NCBI GenBank assembly: GCA_040394775.1
Contig: JBEBRN010000002.1
Coordinates: 10,486-74,485, forward strand
DNA: 64,000 bases
Reading direction: 5' to 3'
From: Taishania pollutisoli
GTDB taxonomy: Bacteria > Bacteroidota > Bacteroidia > Flavobacteriales_D > Crocinitomicaceae
Shown in pieces: positions 48,938 through 56,961 of this stretch. The stretch's first letter is position 1; the number at the start of each line of letters is the position of its first letter. The notes beneath the pieces were generated by a model. The model had not been told where the DNA came from, searched no databases, and saw only the letters and a program-made list of their open reading frames with translations. A program made the position numbers and the translations under genes.

Positions 48938-51900
48938 ATGAAAAAATTAATTCTGATATCATGCTTCTTTCTTCCGTTCTTTTTAGCGGCTCAGCTTGTT
49001 GAAGATTTCACCGATGGAGACTTTACAAATAATCCAACTTGGATAGGAACCACTGCTGATTTTGAAGTCAATTCTTCTTCCCAATTACAGACGAGCGCAT
49101 CGGTCGCTTCGACGTCTTATCTTTCCACGAATAACTCATTAGCTGACTTAGATGATGTTGAATGGCGCTTTTATTTAAAACAAGGCTTTGCCGGTTCTGG
49201 GTCAAATTTCACTAAGATATTTTTGACTTTAGATGATGCTACTTTTGCTAATATTCAAAATGGCTATTACTTACTATTTGGTGAAGCGGGTTCTAATGAC
49301 GCTATTAAATTGTACAAAATCACCTCTGGAATAACGACATTAATTCTAACAGGAACGCTTGGTGCTGTTTCTGGTTCTTTTACAGCGGGTGTTAAAATTA
49401 CACACAACGCTATAGGTGAATGGAAACTTTATGCTGATTATACAGGTGGAACCAACTATGCACTAGAAGGAAGTGTTACAGATGTAAACAGTGTTGCACA
49501 GCCTTATTTTGGCATTGGATGTTCTTACACTGCTTCCAATATTAAAAAAATCACATTGGATGATATTTATGTAGGGTCTGAACAATTAGACATAATCGCA
49601 CCTACTATTTCTAATATTTCTGTTTTAACGAACCAATCAGTTCAAGTAACATTTAACGAGGAGGTAGATGCGGATATTGTGAATCAGCTTATTTCTACCA
49701 CTCCTATATTGGCTTTAAATACAATTACACAAGAAACAAACCCTGCTATTGTAACCTTAGATTTCTCTTCTGCTTTTACGAATGGTGTTACGTATACTGC
49801 AACGATTCCAAGTGTGAAAGATGTCGCTGGGAACGATACGAGCTTAACGTTTAACTTTACGTATTTAGTGGCGGAAGTTCCTGCAATTGGTGATGTGATT
49901 ATTAATGAAGTATTAGCAGATCCAACTCCTGCTGTTGGATTACCAGAGTACGATTATGTGGAATTATATAACCGAAGCACAAAAATCCTCAATCTCCAAA
50001 ACTGGACAGTTTCGAACAATACAACTACTGCAACGATTACCAATTCAATTTGGTTATTACCAAATGAATATGTAGTTCTAACCTCTAGTGGTGCTATTCC
50101 ACAATTGCCCAATGCAAAGGCAGTAACGAGTTTTCCTAACTTCAAGAATGCTTCCGATGATGTTATTTTGGCGGATGACAACAATAATCAGCTCGATAAA
50201 ATCACGTACACGATCGATTGGTATAAGGACTTTGATAAAAAAGACGGAGGTTATTCATTGGAGCGAATTAATCCTGATTTGGTGTGTTCAAGTGAAAATA
50301 ATTGGATGGCCTCTACAGCTATTTCAGGTGGAACACCGGGGTTAATTAATTCGGTCAATGACAATACACCAGATGTTATTTCTCCAATTATCGATACGGT
50401 TATTGTGATTGATATGACGACTATAAGTGTGAAGTTAAATGAAACCGTTCCAAGTGCGCTAGTGAGTCAAATTGTGGCAGTTACTTCACCTGTTTTAGTA
50501 ATTGCATCTATTACGCAAGATGGTGCTGACTTCTCTAAGCTGACTATTCACTTATCGAATCCACTGACCACGAATACGAACTACACCATAGAGTTACAGA
50601 ATTTAGAAGACTGCGAAGGCAATTCTGGAAATGATACGAAAGCGTTCATTTATTTAGTAGCGGAAGTTCCTGCAATTGGTGATGTGATTATTAATGAAGT
50701 ATTAGCAGATCCAACTCCTGCTGTTGGATTACCAGAGTACGATTATGTGGAATTATATAACCGAAGCACAAAAATCCTCAATCTCCAAAACTGGACAGTT
50801 TCGAACAATACAACTACTGCAACGATTACCAATTCAATTTGGTTATTACCAAATGAATATGTAGTTCTAACCTCTAGTGGTGCTATTCCACAATTGCCCA
50901 ATGCAAAGGCAGTAACGAGTTTTCCTAACTTCAAGAATGCTTCCGATGATGTTATTTTGGCGGATGACAACAATAATCAGCTCGATAAAATCACGTACAC
51001 GATCGATTGGTATAAGGACTTTGATAAAAAAGACGGAGGTTATTCATTGGAGCGAATTAATCCTGATTTGGTGTGTTCAGGTGAAAATAATTGGATGGCC
51101 TCTACAGCTATTTCAGGTGGAACATCGGGGTTAATTAATTCGGTCAATGACAATACACCAGATGTTAGTTCGCCGCTTATCGATACGGTTATTGTGGTTG
51201 ACTTGACGACTATAAGTGTGAAGTTAAATGAAATAATTCCGAGTGCTGTTGTGAGTCAGATTGTTGCTATTGGTACTCCATCAATTGCTGTTTCTTCCAT
51301 TACGCAAGATGTTTCTGATTTATCAAAATTGATTATTCACCTTTCGAATCCCATCGCAACCAACACCTCTTATTCGCTAGAATTACAAAATTTAGAAGAT
51401 TGTGAAGGTAATAATGGTAATAGTACAAAAGCATTTATTTATAATGTTTCTGAGACTCCTTCTTCAGGAGATATTATTATCAATGAAGTGATGGTAGATC
51501 CTTCACCAGTAGTTGGATTACCAGAATATGAATACGTAGAAATTTATAATCGAAGTAATAAGCATTTCAACTTGAAAGGCTGGAAAGTTGGAAACGATAA
51601 TAGTTTTGGAACGATTAACACTTCAGTTTGGATTGCGCCAAATGAATACAAAGTATTAGCCTCGTCTTCGGGTGTGTCACAATTCACCAATTCGGTTTAT
51701 GTGAGTAGTTTTCCAGCGTATAAAAATGCAGCAGATAAAGTTATTTTGTTAGACTCAGCAGGAGATCAAATGGATCAAATCGCTTATACACTTGATTGGT
51801 ATAAAGATGATTTTAAAAAAGACGGTGGTTTTTCTTTGGAGCGAATTAATTCGACATTTGTTTGCTCTGATGTATCAAATTGGAAAGCATCAAACGATAT

Positions 51901-53074
51901 TTTAGGTGGAACACCCGGCTTAATCAATTCTGTGTATTCTACTGAACCAGATACAATTGCTCCTACGATATACTTAATCAAGGTTACTTCTGATTCAACG
52001 TTGACAGTTGTTTTTTCTGAACCAATTGGTGGAAACACTACCGTAACGTTTCAAATTACGCCTACTATATCAATTACGACTATTGATAGAGATACGAATA
52101 ATTTAGCCCTTTTTTATCTTCAACTAGGAGAATATTTGCAACCTTCTACACAGTATGTTTTGACAGTGTTGAATAGTGAAGATTGTCAAGGAAATACGAA
52201 TCCATCTGATCAACAAGAATTTGTTTTAGCACATTTACCAGCATCAGGCGATGTTATCATTAATGAATTGTTGTTTAATCCACTTACTGGTGGGTCGGAT
52301 TTTCTTGAACTGAAAAATGTTTCTGATAAAATCTTCAACTTATATGGATTAAAGTTAACGAACACCAAAACGGGGGCAAGTAATAATACGATGATAAATA
52401 GCGATTATTATTTATATCCTCAAGGCATCGTTGTTTTAACACCCGACACACTCTTTCAGCAACAAAACTATCCGTTTACAAGTAAGGGAAATTTCATTAA
52501 GATGTCGATTCCTGCCATGAGTAATGATGCTTCTACTGTTCGATTATTCATCGATTCATTGACCACTATTGATTCGTTGACTTATTCCGAAAAGTGGCAT
52601 TTTAAATTACTAGATGACCGAAAAGGAAAGTCTTTAGAACGCGTTTCCGATGTTGCTCCAAGCACAGTTCCAGAATCGTGGCATACAGCTGCAGAGTCGT
52701 TTGGCTTTGCCACGCCTGGATTGGAAAATTCACAAAACACATCGTTTTTATACAATGGAACTTTAACGCTGAGCTCAGCAACTATTTCTGCTGATAATGA
52801 TGGATTTGAAGATGTTCTAATGATGACGTATGAGATGGATGACAATGGTTATGTCGGCTCTGTTACCATTTATGACGATAGAGGAAGAGAAGTGAGAAAG
52901 CTTGTTAAGAATGAGTTGCTTGGTGTTCGCGGAGAATTTATCTGGGATGGTTTAAATAATGTGCAACAAAAGGCAGTTATCGGAACACATATTATTGTTT
53001 TTGACGGTTACCATGTTTCTACAGGAAAAACTTTTAAGGTAAAGAAAGTGGTGGTTGTAGCTGGGAATAGATAG
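48938..53074 (+). CDS. Large secreted protein with four lamin-tail-domain (LTD) modules separated by bacterial Ig-like (Big_5-type) domains
   Basis: Signal peptide MKKLILISCFFLPFFLAAQ. The LTD signature GDVIINEV..DP..GLPEYDYVELYN..L..W.. occurs four times. Intervening D-x-x-x-P Ig-like segments separate the modules. The C-terminal beta-sandwich (ISADNDGFEDVL..IYDDRGREVRKL..FIWDG) is FlgD-Ig/CTD-like. Confidence 0.85.
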   Translation: MKKLILISCFFLPFFLAAQLVEDFTDGDFTNNPTWIGTTADFEVNSSSQLQTSASVASTSYLSTNNSLADLDDVEWRFYLKQGFAGSGSNFTKIFLTLDDATFANIQNGYYLLFGEAGSNDAIKLYKITSGITTLILTGTLGAVSGSFTAGVKITHNAIGEWKLYADYTGGTNYALEGSVTDVNSVAQPYFGIGCSYTASNIKKITLDDIYVGSEQLDIIAPTISNISVLTNQSVQVTFNEEVDADIVNQLISTTPILALNTITQETNPAIVTLDFSSAFTNGVTYTATIPSVKDVAGNDTSLTFNFTYLVAEVPAIGDVIINEVLADPTPAVGLPEYDYVELYNRSTKILNLQNWTVSNNTTTATITNSIWLLPNEYVVLTSSGAIPQLPNAKAVTSFPNFKNASDDVILADDNNNQLDKITYTIDWYKDFDKKDGGYSLERINPDLVCSSENNWMASTAISGGTPGLINSVNDNTPDVISPIIDTVIVIDMTTISVKLNETVPSALVSQIVAVTSPVLVIASITQDGADFSKLTIHLSNPLTTNTNYTIELQNLEDCEGNSGNDTKAFIYLVAEVPAIGDVIINEVLADPTPAVGLPEYDYVELYNRSTKILNLQNWTVSNNTTTATITNSIWLLPNEYVVLTSSGAIPQLPNAKAVTSFPNFKNASDDVILADDNNNQLDKITYTIDWYKDFDKKDGGYSLERINPDLVCSGENNWMASTAISGGTSGLINSVNDNTPDVSSPLIDTVIVVDLTTISVKLNEIIPSAVVSQIVAIGTPSIAVSSITQDVSDLSKLIIHLSNPIATNTSYSLELQNLEDCEGNNGNSTKAFIYNVSETPSSGDIIINEVMVDPSPVVGLPEYEYVEIYNRSNKHFNLKGWKVGNDNSFGTINTSVWIAPNEYKVLASSSGVSQFTNSVYVSSFPAYKNAADKVILLDSAGDQMDQIAYTLDWYKDDFKKDGGFSLERINSTFVCSDVSNWKASNDILGGTPGLINSVYSTEPDTIAPTIYLIKVTSDSTLTVVFSEPIGGNTTVTFQITPTISITTIDRDTNNLALFYLQLGEYLQPSTQYVLTVLNSEDCQGNTNPSDQQEFVLAHLPASGDVIINELLFNPLTGGSDFLELKNVSDKIFNLYGLKLTNTKTGASNNTMINSDYYLYPQGIVVLTPDTLFQQQNYPFTSKGNFIKMSIPAMSNDASTVRLFIDSLTTIDSLTYSEKWHFKLLDDRKGKSLERVSDVAPSTVPESWHTAAESFGFATPGLENSQNTSFLYNGTLTLSSATISADNDGFEDVLMMTYEMDDNGYVGSVTIYDDRGREVRKLVKNELLGVRGEFIWDGLNNVQQKAVIGTHIIVFDGYHVSTGKTFKVKKVVVVAGNR
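49862..52219 (+). repeat. In-frame tandem repeat: three units of 789, 789 and 780 nt inside the LTD gene
   Basis: The units start at 49862, 50651 and 51440, each with the Tyr codon of YLVAEVP / YNVSETP. The identical shadow ORFs at 49954-50184 and 50743-50973 confirm the 789-nt period. Confidence 0.9.
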
Positions 53075-53124
53075 ATTTCAGATGACAGTTATCTTAAAAT
53101 AATTTCTTTTTTTCAAAAGATTTC

Positions 53125-53154
53125 TTTGTGATTAAAAAAATAGTTTTATCTTTG
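53125..53154 (+). promoter_or_regulatory. Candidate promoter of the tetR-cytb561-efflux locus
   Basis: TTTG at 53125-53128 and TATCTTTG at 53147-53154 are separated by 18 nt. The -7 box is 40 nt upstream of the ATG at 53194. Confidence 0.5.
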
Positions 53155-53182
53155 TTAGCGAACACTAACTAACAATTAGTTA
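53154..53182 (+). promoter_or_regulatory. Candidate TetR operator (overlapping palindromes)
   Basis: GTTAG-cgaaca-CTAAC overlaps AACTAA-caa-TTAGTT. It sits directly downstream of the -7 box and upstream of the tetR start codon. Confidence 0.4.
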
Positions 53183-53193
53183 TTTTAAGTGAA

Positions 53194-53784
53194 ATGAAAG
53201 AGTATACTGACAGACAAATTGAAATCATGGAGGCCGCTACAGCACGTATCGACCAGTTTGGTATTCAGAATTTGACTATCAAGAATTTGGCTGCAGATAT
53301 TGGTTTGTCAGAACCAGCTCTTTATCGTCACTTTAAAAGTAAAAATGAAATTTTATTAAGCCTACTTAATTATTTCTTGTTAGAGATGAAAATAAGAATT
53401 AAAGGAATTTCATTAGGTTCAGACACAACAGCAGGAGATGAGTTAAGAGCGATATTTAATTCACAATTGAAAACATTTATGGCTAGACCCGCTATTGTCA
53501 GTGTCATTTTTGCTGAGAGTATTTTTCATTTCGATAAAACACTCAGTAATAAGGTTTCAGAGATAATGAATATGATGCATGAACTTGTTATTGCGAATAT
53601 TCAAAAAGGACAAGAGGACGAACAATATGGAAAACTAATCAATGCTTCGACGATTACGACTATCATCACTGGAGGAATGCGAATGGTAGTTTTAAAATGG
53701 AAAATATCCAGCAATAAATCTAATCTTGTGAAAGATGGAATGGTTGTTTTAGAAGGGATTTTAAAAATGATTGAAAAGAAATAA
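53194..53784 (+). CDS. TetR/AcrR-family transcriptional regulator
   Basis: The N-terminal HTH is FGIQNLTIKNLAADIGLSEPALYRHFKSKNEIL. 196 aa. Confidence 0.9.
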   Translation: MKEYTDRQIEIMEAATARIDQFGIQNLTIKNLAADIGLSEPALYRHFKSKNEILLSLLNYFLLEMKIRIKGISLGSDTTAGDELRAIFNSQLKTFMARPAIVSVIFAESIFHFDKTLSNKVSEIMNMMHELVIANIQKGQEDEQYGKLINASTITTIITGGMRMVVLKWKISSNKSNLVKDGMVVLEGILKMIEKK

Positions 53785-53786
53785 AA

Positions 53787-54350
53787 ATGGAACAGCAAAA
53801 TAAATTTACTTTTTTTCATCGATTACTTCATTGGCTAATGGCGCTAGCAATGCCTATTTTATTCATTACCGGTTTTTTGAGAATGTATTGGATGAATAAA
53901 CACCAGATTGTTTCGGTTATTGAAAGTAAAGTCGGTACTGCTATTCCAAAAGAACAAATGACTGATATTGCGAAAACGATCCGTGAACCGATGTGGCAAT
54001 GGCATGAGATTTTCGCCCATGTAATGATTTTTTCTTTCTTGGCGCGTATCATTTATATGTTGGTAAAAGGTATCCGTTTCCCGAATCCTTTCAAAAGTGG
54101 AATTCCGCTTAAAGAACGTTTTCAAGGATTTACCTACGTTTATTTTTATGTGTTTGTTTTTATTTCTGCAAGTACTGGAATATGTCTAGAAAAAGGATTC
54201 TTCACTGAATGGAAAGATGGAATTGAAACAATTCATAAATGGGGAATTTATTGGTTCCCGATATTTATAGTATTGCACCTTGTAGGAATTTTAATAGCAG
54301 AACATACCACTAAAAAAGGAATTGTTTCTAAGATGATTGGAGGGGAATGA
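53787..54350 (+). CDS. Cytochrome b561-family (Ni_hydr_CYTB-like) membrane protein
   Basis: Four predicted TM helices with conserved His residues (FFHRLLHW, WHEIFAH, VLHLVG). It starts 2 nt after the tetR stop. Confidence 0.75.
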   Translation: MEQQNKFTFFHRLLHWLMALAMPILFITGFLRMYWMNKHQIVSVIESKVGTAIPKEQMTDIAKTIREPMWQWHEIFAHVMIFSFLARIIYMLVKGIRFPNPFKSGIPLKERFQGFTYVYFYVFVFISASTGICLEKGFFTEWKDGIETIHKWGIYWFPIFIVLHLVGILIAEHTTKKGIVSKMIGGE

Positions 54351-54385
54351 TTGTCAATTTTTAATTCGTAATTAAAAATCGACAA
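54351..54385 (+). promoter_or_regulatory. 35-nt imperfect palindrome centred on AATTCGTAATT (terminator, attenuator or operator)
   Basis: TTGTCAATTTTTAATT-cgt-AATTAAAAATCGACAA pairs at 15 of 16 positions. It begins at the first nt after the cytochrome b stop, 49 nt before tolC. Confidence 0.45.
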
Positions 54386-54433
54386 TTGCATAATGAGTAG
54401 AATTAAGAATAAGAACTAAAATTTTTTTGCTTT

Positions 54434-55765
54434 ATGAAGTTAGTGAGCGCTCGCAAACATATTTTCAGCCTTTTGGTTTTGATCGGCTGGAATACAATTC
54501 AAGCACAAGATACTTGGAGTTTGAAGCAATGTATTGATACGGCACAAGTGTTTAATAAAACGCTGCAAATCAATCGAAATAACATGGCGATTAGTGAACA
54601 AAGAGAAAAAGAAGCGAAAGCAAACCTGATTCCTAAAGTAATGGCAAATGCTGATTACAAGTATTTCACGGATTTGCCACATCAGTTGATGCCGTTGTCG
54701 ACTTTTAATCCAATGGCGCCAGAAGGTCAATTCAAAGAAGCACAATTTGGTGTTCCTCATAACATCAACGCTAATTTACAATTGATGATGCCACTGTATA
54801 ATCCACAAGTTTATGGCGCTATTCAAAATACCAAAATTGCGAGTGAATTAACCGATTTACAGTATCAAAAAGCAGAAGAGCAAGTCTTATTTGACATGAC
54901 GACGCTTTATTATAATGCGCAAATCTTGCAACACCAATTAGCTTTTATCGATAGCAACTTGCTAAATACACATAGACTTTTGGAGAATATGCAACAGCTC
55001 CACGAGCAATTAATGGTAAAAGGTACGGATGTGAACAAAGTGACATTGCAATCGGAACAATTAGCGACTCAACGAGAAAACGTCAACAATCGGTATATCC
55101 AAGTTTTAAATGCATTGAAACTCCAAATGGGAATTGCATTAAATACAGCTATTATCGTAGAGAAAGACATTCGCTTTCAAACCGCTTTAGAAGCTACCAA
55201 AAGAAAAAATTTAGATATTCAACTCATTCAAACGCAAAACAAACTATTGAATGCTGAATTTCGGACATTGAACAGATCACGCTTTTTGCCGTCATTGAAT
55301 TTAATTGCTTCCTATGGAACAACAGGCTTTGGCTATGATCGTAAACCGAACGACTTTCTGAAGTTTTATACCGTTGGTTTTGCAGGTGTTCAATTGACCT
55401 ATCCACTCTTTAATGGTACGGTCACACAACGAAAAATCAATCAAAAGAAATTAGAAATAAAAAACAACGAACTACAATCACAGTTGATAACGGATAAGAA
55501 TGAAATGGAGATTGAAAATGCGAATCGTCAACGAATAGTTGCACAAAAAACAGTCACCAATAGCGAACATCAAATTGAACTAGCACAAACCATTTATGAT
55601 CAAACGCTTTTACAACAGCAATTAGGAACGGCCAGTTTAACGGATGTGTTGTTAGCAGACAATGCGCTTCGAGAGACACAACAAAATTATTTATCGGCCA
55701 TCATTGATTATTTGAAAGCTGATTTAGAGTTGAGAAAATTGAAGGGAATGATGATTAATGGTTAA
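54434..55765 (+). CDS. TolC-family outer membrane efflux protein
   Basis: Signal peptide and two-fold repeated TolC architecture. 443 aa. Confidence 0.88.
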   Translation: MKLVSARKHIFSLLVLIGWNTIQAQDTWSLKQCIDTAQVFNKTLQINRNNMAISEQREKEAKANLIPKVMANADYKYFTDLPHQLMPLSTFNPMAPEGQFKEAQFGVPHNINANLQLMMPLYNPQVYGAIQNTKIASELTDLQYQKAEEQVLFDMTTLYYNAQILQHQLAFIDSNLLNTHRLLENMQQLHEQLMVKGTDVNKVTLQSEQLATQRENVNNRYIQVLNALKLQMGIALNTAIIVEKDIRFQTALEATKRKNLDIQLIQTQNKLLNAEFRTLNRSRFLPSLNLIASYGTTGFGYDRKPNDFLKFYTVGFAGVQLTYPLFNGTVTQRKINQKKLEIKNNELQSQLITDKNEMEIENANRQRIVAQKTVTNSEHQIELAQTIYDQTLLQQQLGTASLTDVLLADNALRETQQNYLSAIIDYLKADLELRKLKGMMING

Positions 55766-55810
55766 TGATGAAGGATTAATGTTTAATGAGAATTGATAAA
55801 ATCAAAGCAG

Positions 55811-56869
55811 ATGAATTGGAAGAGAATATTAGGAATCGTTGCAATACTAGCGGTTATTGCAGTTGTGTTTTTTAAGTTGAAAGGCAATAAAGAAACGACA
55901 CAACAAAGAGTTTATCAGTACGATAAGGAAAAACCTATTGGCGTTCAGTTGGATACAATTGCAGTCGAGTATATCGACGAAGGTAGCCTCTTCACAGGGA
56001 CGTTTGAACCGAATATGGAAACGAAAGTGAGCGCCGAGACGCAAGGAAAAGTTAACGCTGTTTTGGTAGATGTCGGTAGTCAAGTGACGAAAGGTCAAAC
56101 GTTAATTCAGTTGGATAATGCTTTGTTGAAAATTCAATTGCAAACGGTGGATGTTCAAATTGAAGGTTTACAAGATGATTTAAACCGCTACACCATTCTT
56201 GCTAAAGCAGATGCAATTCAAGGAGTTCAATTGGAAAAAGTTCAAATAGGACTGAAATCGGCAAAATTACAGAGAGCAACGTTGTTGGAACAGATTAACA
56301 AAACGACTATCAGAGCTCCTTTTAATGGTATTGTGACTTTTAAGATGACGGAAGAAGGAGCATTTGCGGCACCAGGAATGCCGTTGATTCAGATTACGGA
56401 TATTTCCAGTTTACGATTTACAGTGAACGTTCCTGAAAAGGAGTTAAGTCAATTTAAGCTCAACCAGCAATACAACGTTACGACGGATGTTTATCCAGAT
56501 AAACCACTTACAGGAAAAGTATTGATGGTCGGAAGTAAAGCCAATATGGGCAGTAGTTTTCCTATACAATTTCAAGTGGTAAATACGAAGGACTTAGCCA
56601 TTAAATCAGGAATGTTTGGAAGAGTGAGTTCAAAAGGAAGTCAACTAGAACAAGGTATTATCATTCCTTCATCTGCTATTGTGGAGGAAGCAGGAAAAGC
56701 ACAAGTCTATTTAGTCAAAGGTGGAAAAGCTGTTTTACAAACAATTATTGTTTCAAAAGCGGTTGGAAATAATTCCGTTATATCGAGTGGATTAAGCGTA
56801 GGAGATATCATTGTGACGAATGGATTTATTAATTTATTTGATGGTGCAAACGTCGAGTCAATCAATTAA
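55811..56869 (+). CDS. RND efflux periplasmic adaptor (MFP)
   Basis: TM anchor ILGIVAILAVIAVVFF, lipoyl motif VGSQVTKGQTLIQLD and IRAPFNGIV. I prefer ATG 55811 over TTG 55793. Confidence 0.9.
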   Translation: MNWKRILGIVAILAVIAVVFFKLKGNKETTQQRVYQYDKEKPIGVQLDTIAVEYIDEGSLFTGTFEPNMETKVSAETQGKVNAVLVDVGSQVTKGQTLIQLDNALLKIQLQTVDVQIEGLQDDLNRYTILAKADAIQGVQLEKVQIGLKSAKLQRATLLEQINKTTIRAPFNGIVTFKMTEEGAFAAPGMPLIQITDISSLRFTVNVPEKELSQFKLNQQYNVTTDVYPDKPLTGKVLMVGSKANMGSSFPIQFQVVNTKDLAIKSGMFGRVSSKGSQLEQGIIIPSSAIVEEAGKAQVYLVKGGKAVLQTIIVSKAVGNNSVISSGLSVGDIIVTNGFINLFDGANVESIN

Positions 56870-56876
56870 AAATTTT

Positions 56877-56939
56877 CAATTACGAATTACGAATTAGAAA
56901 TTAATCATTCGTAATTCGTAATTCTCTAATTCGTAATTG
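56877..56939 (+). repeat. Cluster of ATTCGTA / AATTCGTAATT repeats forming alternative hairpins in the mfp-rnd spacer
   Basis: AATTACGAATTACGAAT (56878-56894) pairs perfectly over 17 bp with ATTCGTAATTCGTAATT (56907-56923). A third copy, CTAATTCGTAATT (56926-56938), can pair instead with 56885-56897. Confidence 0.75.
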
Positions 56940-56961
56940 AAATTGAATAAAATTAAACAAA

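Noticed and set aside
49954-50184. Two identical 76-aa minus-strand ORFs (also 50743-50973) and two identical 65-aa plus-strand ORFs (50148-50345 and 50937-51134).
   Set aside because: They are identical only because they sit in the near-identical 517-nt block of the LTD tandem repeat. They are out of frame or antisense to a well-supported gene.
49862-52219. Regularly spaced repeats considered as a CRISPR array or a diversity-generating template/variable repeat pair.
   Set aside because: The repeat unit is 789 nt, in frame and protein-coding. There are no short repeat/spacer units, and no cas or reverse-transcriptase genes in the window.
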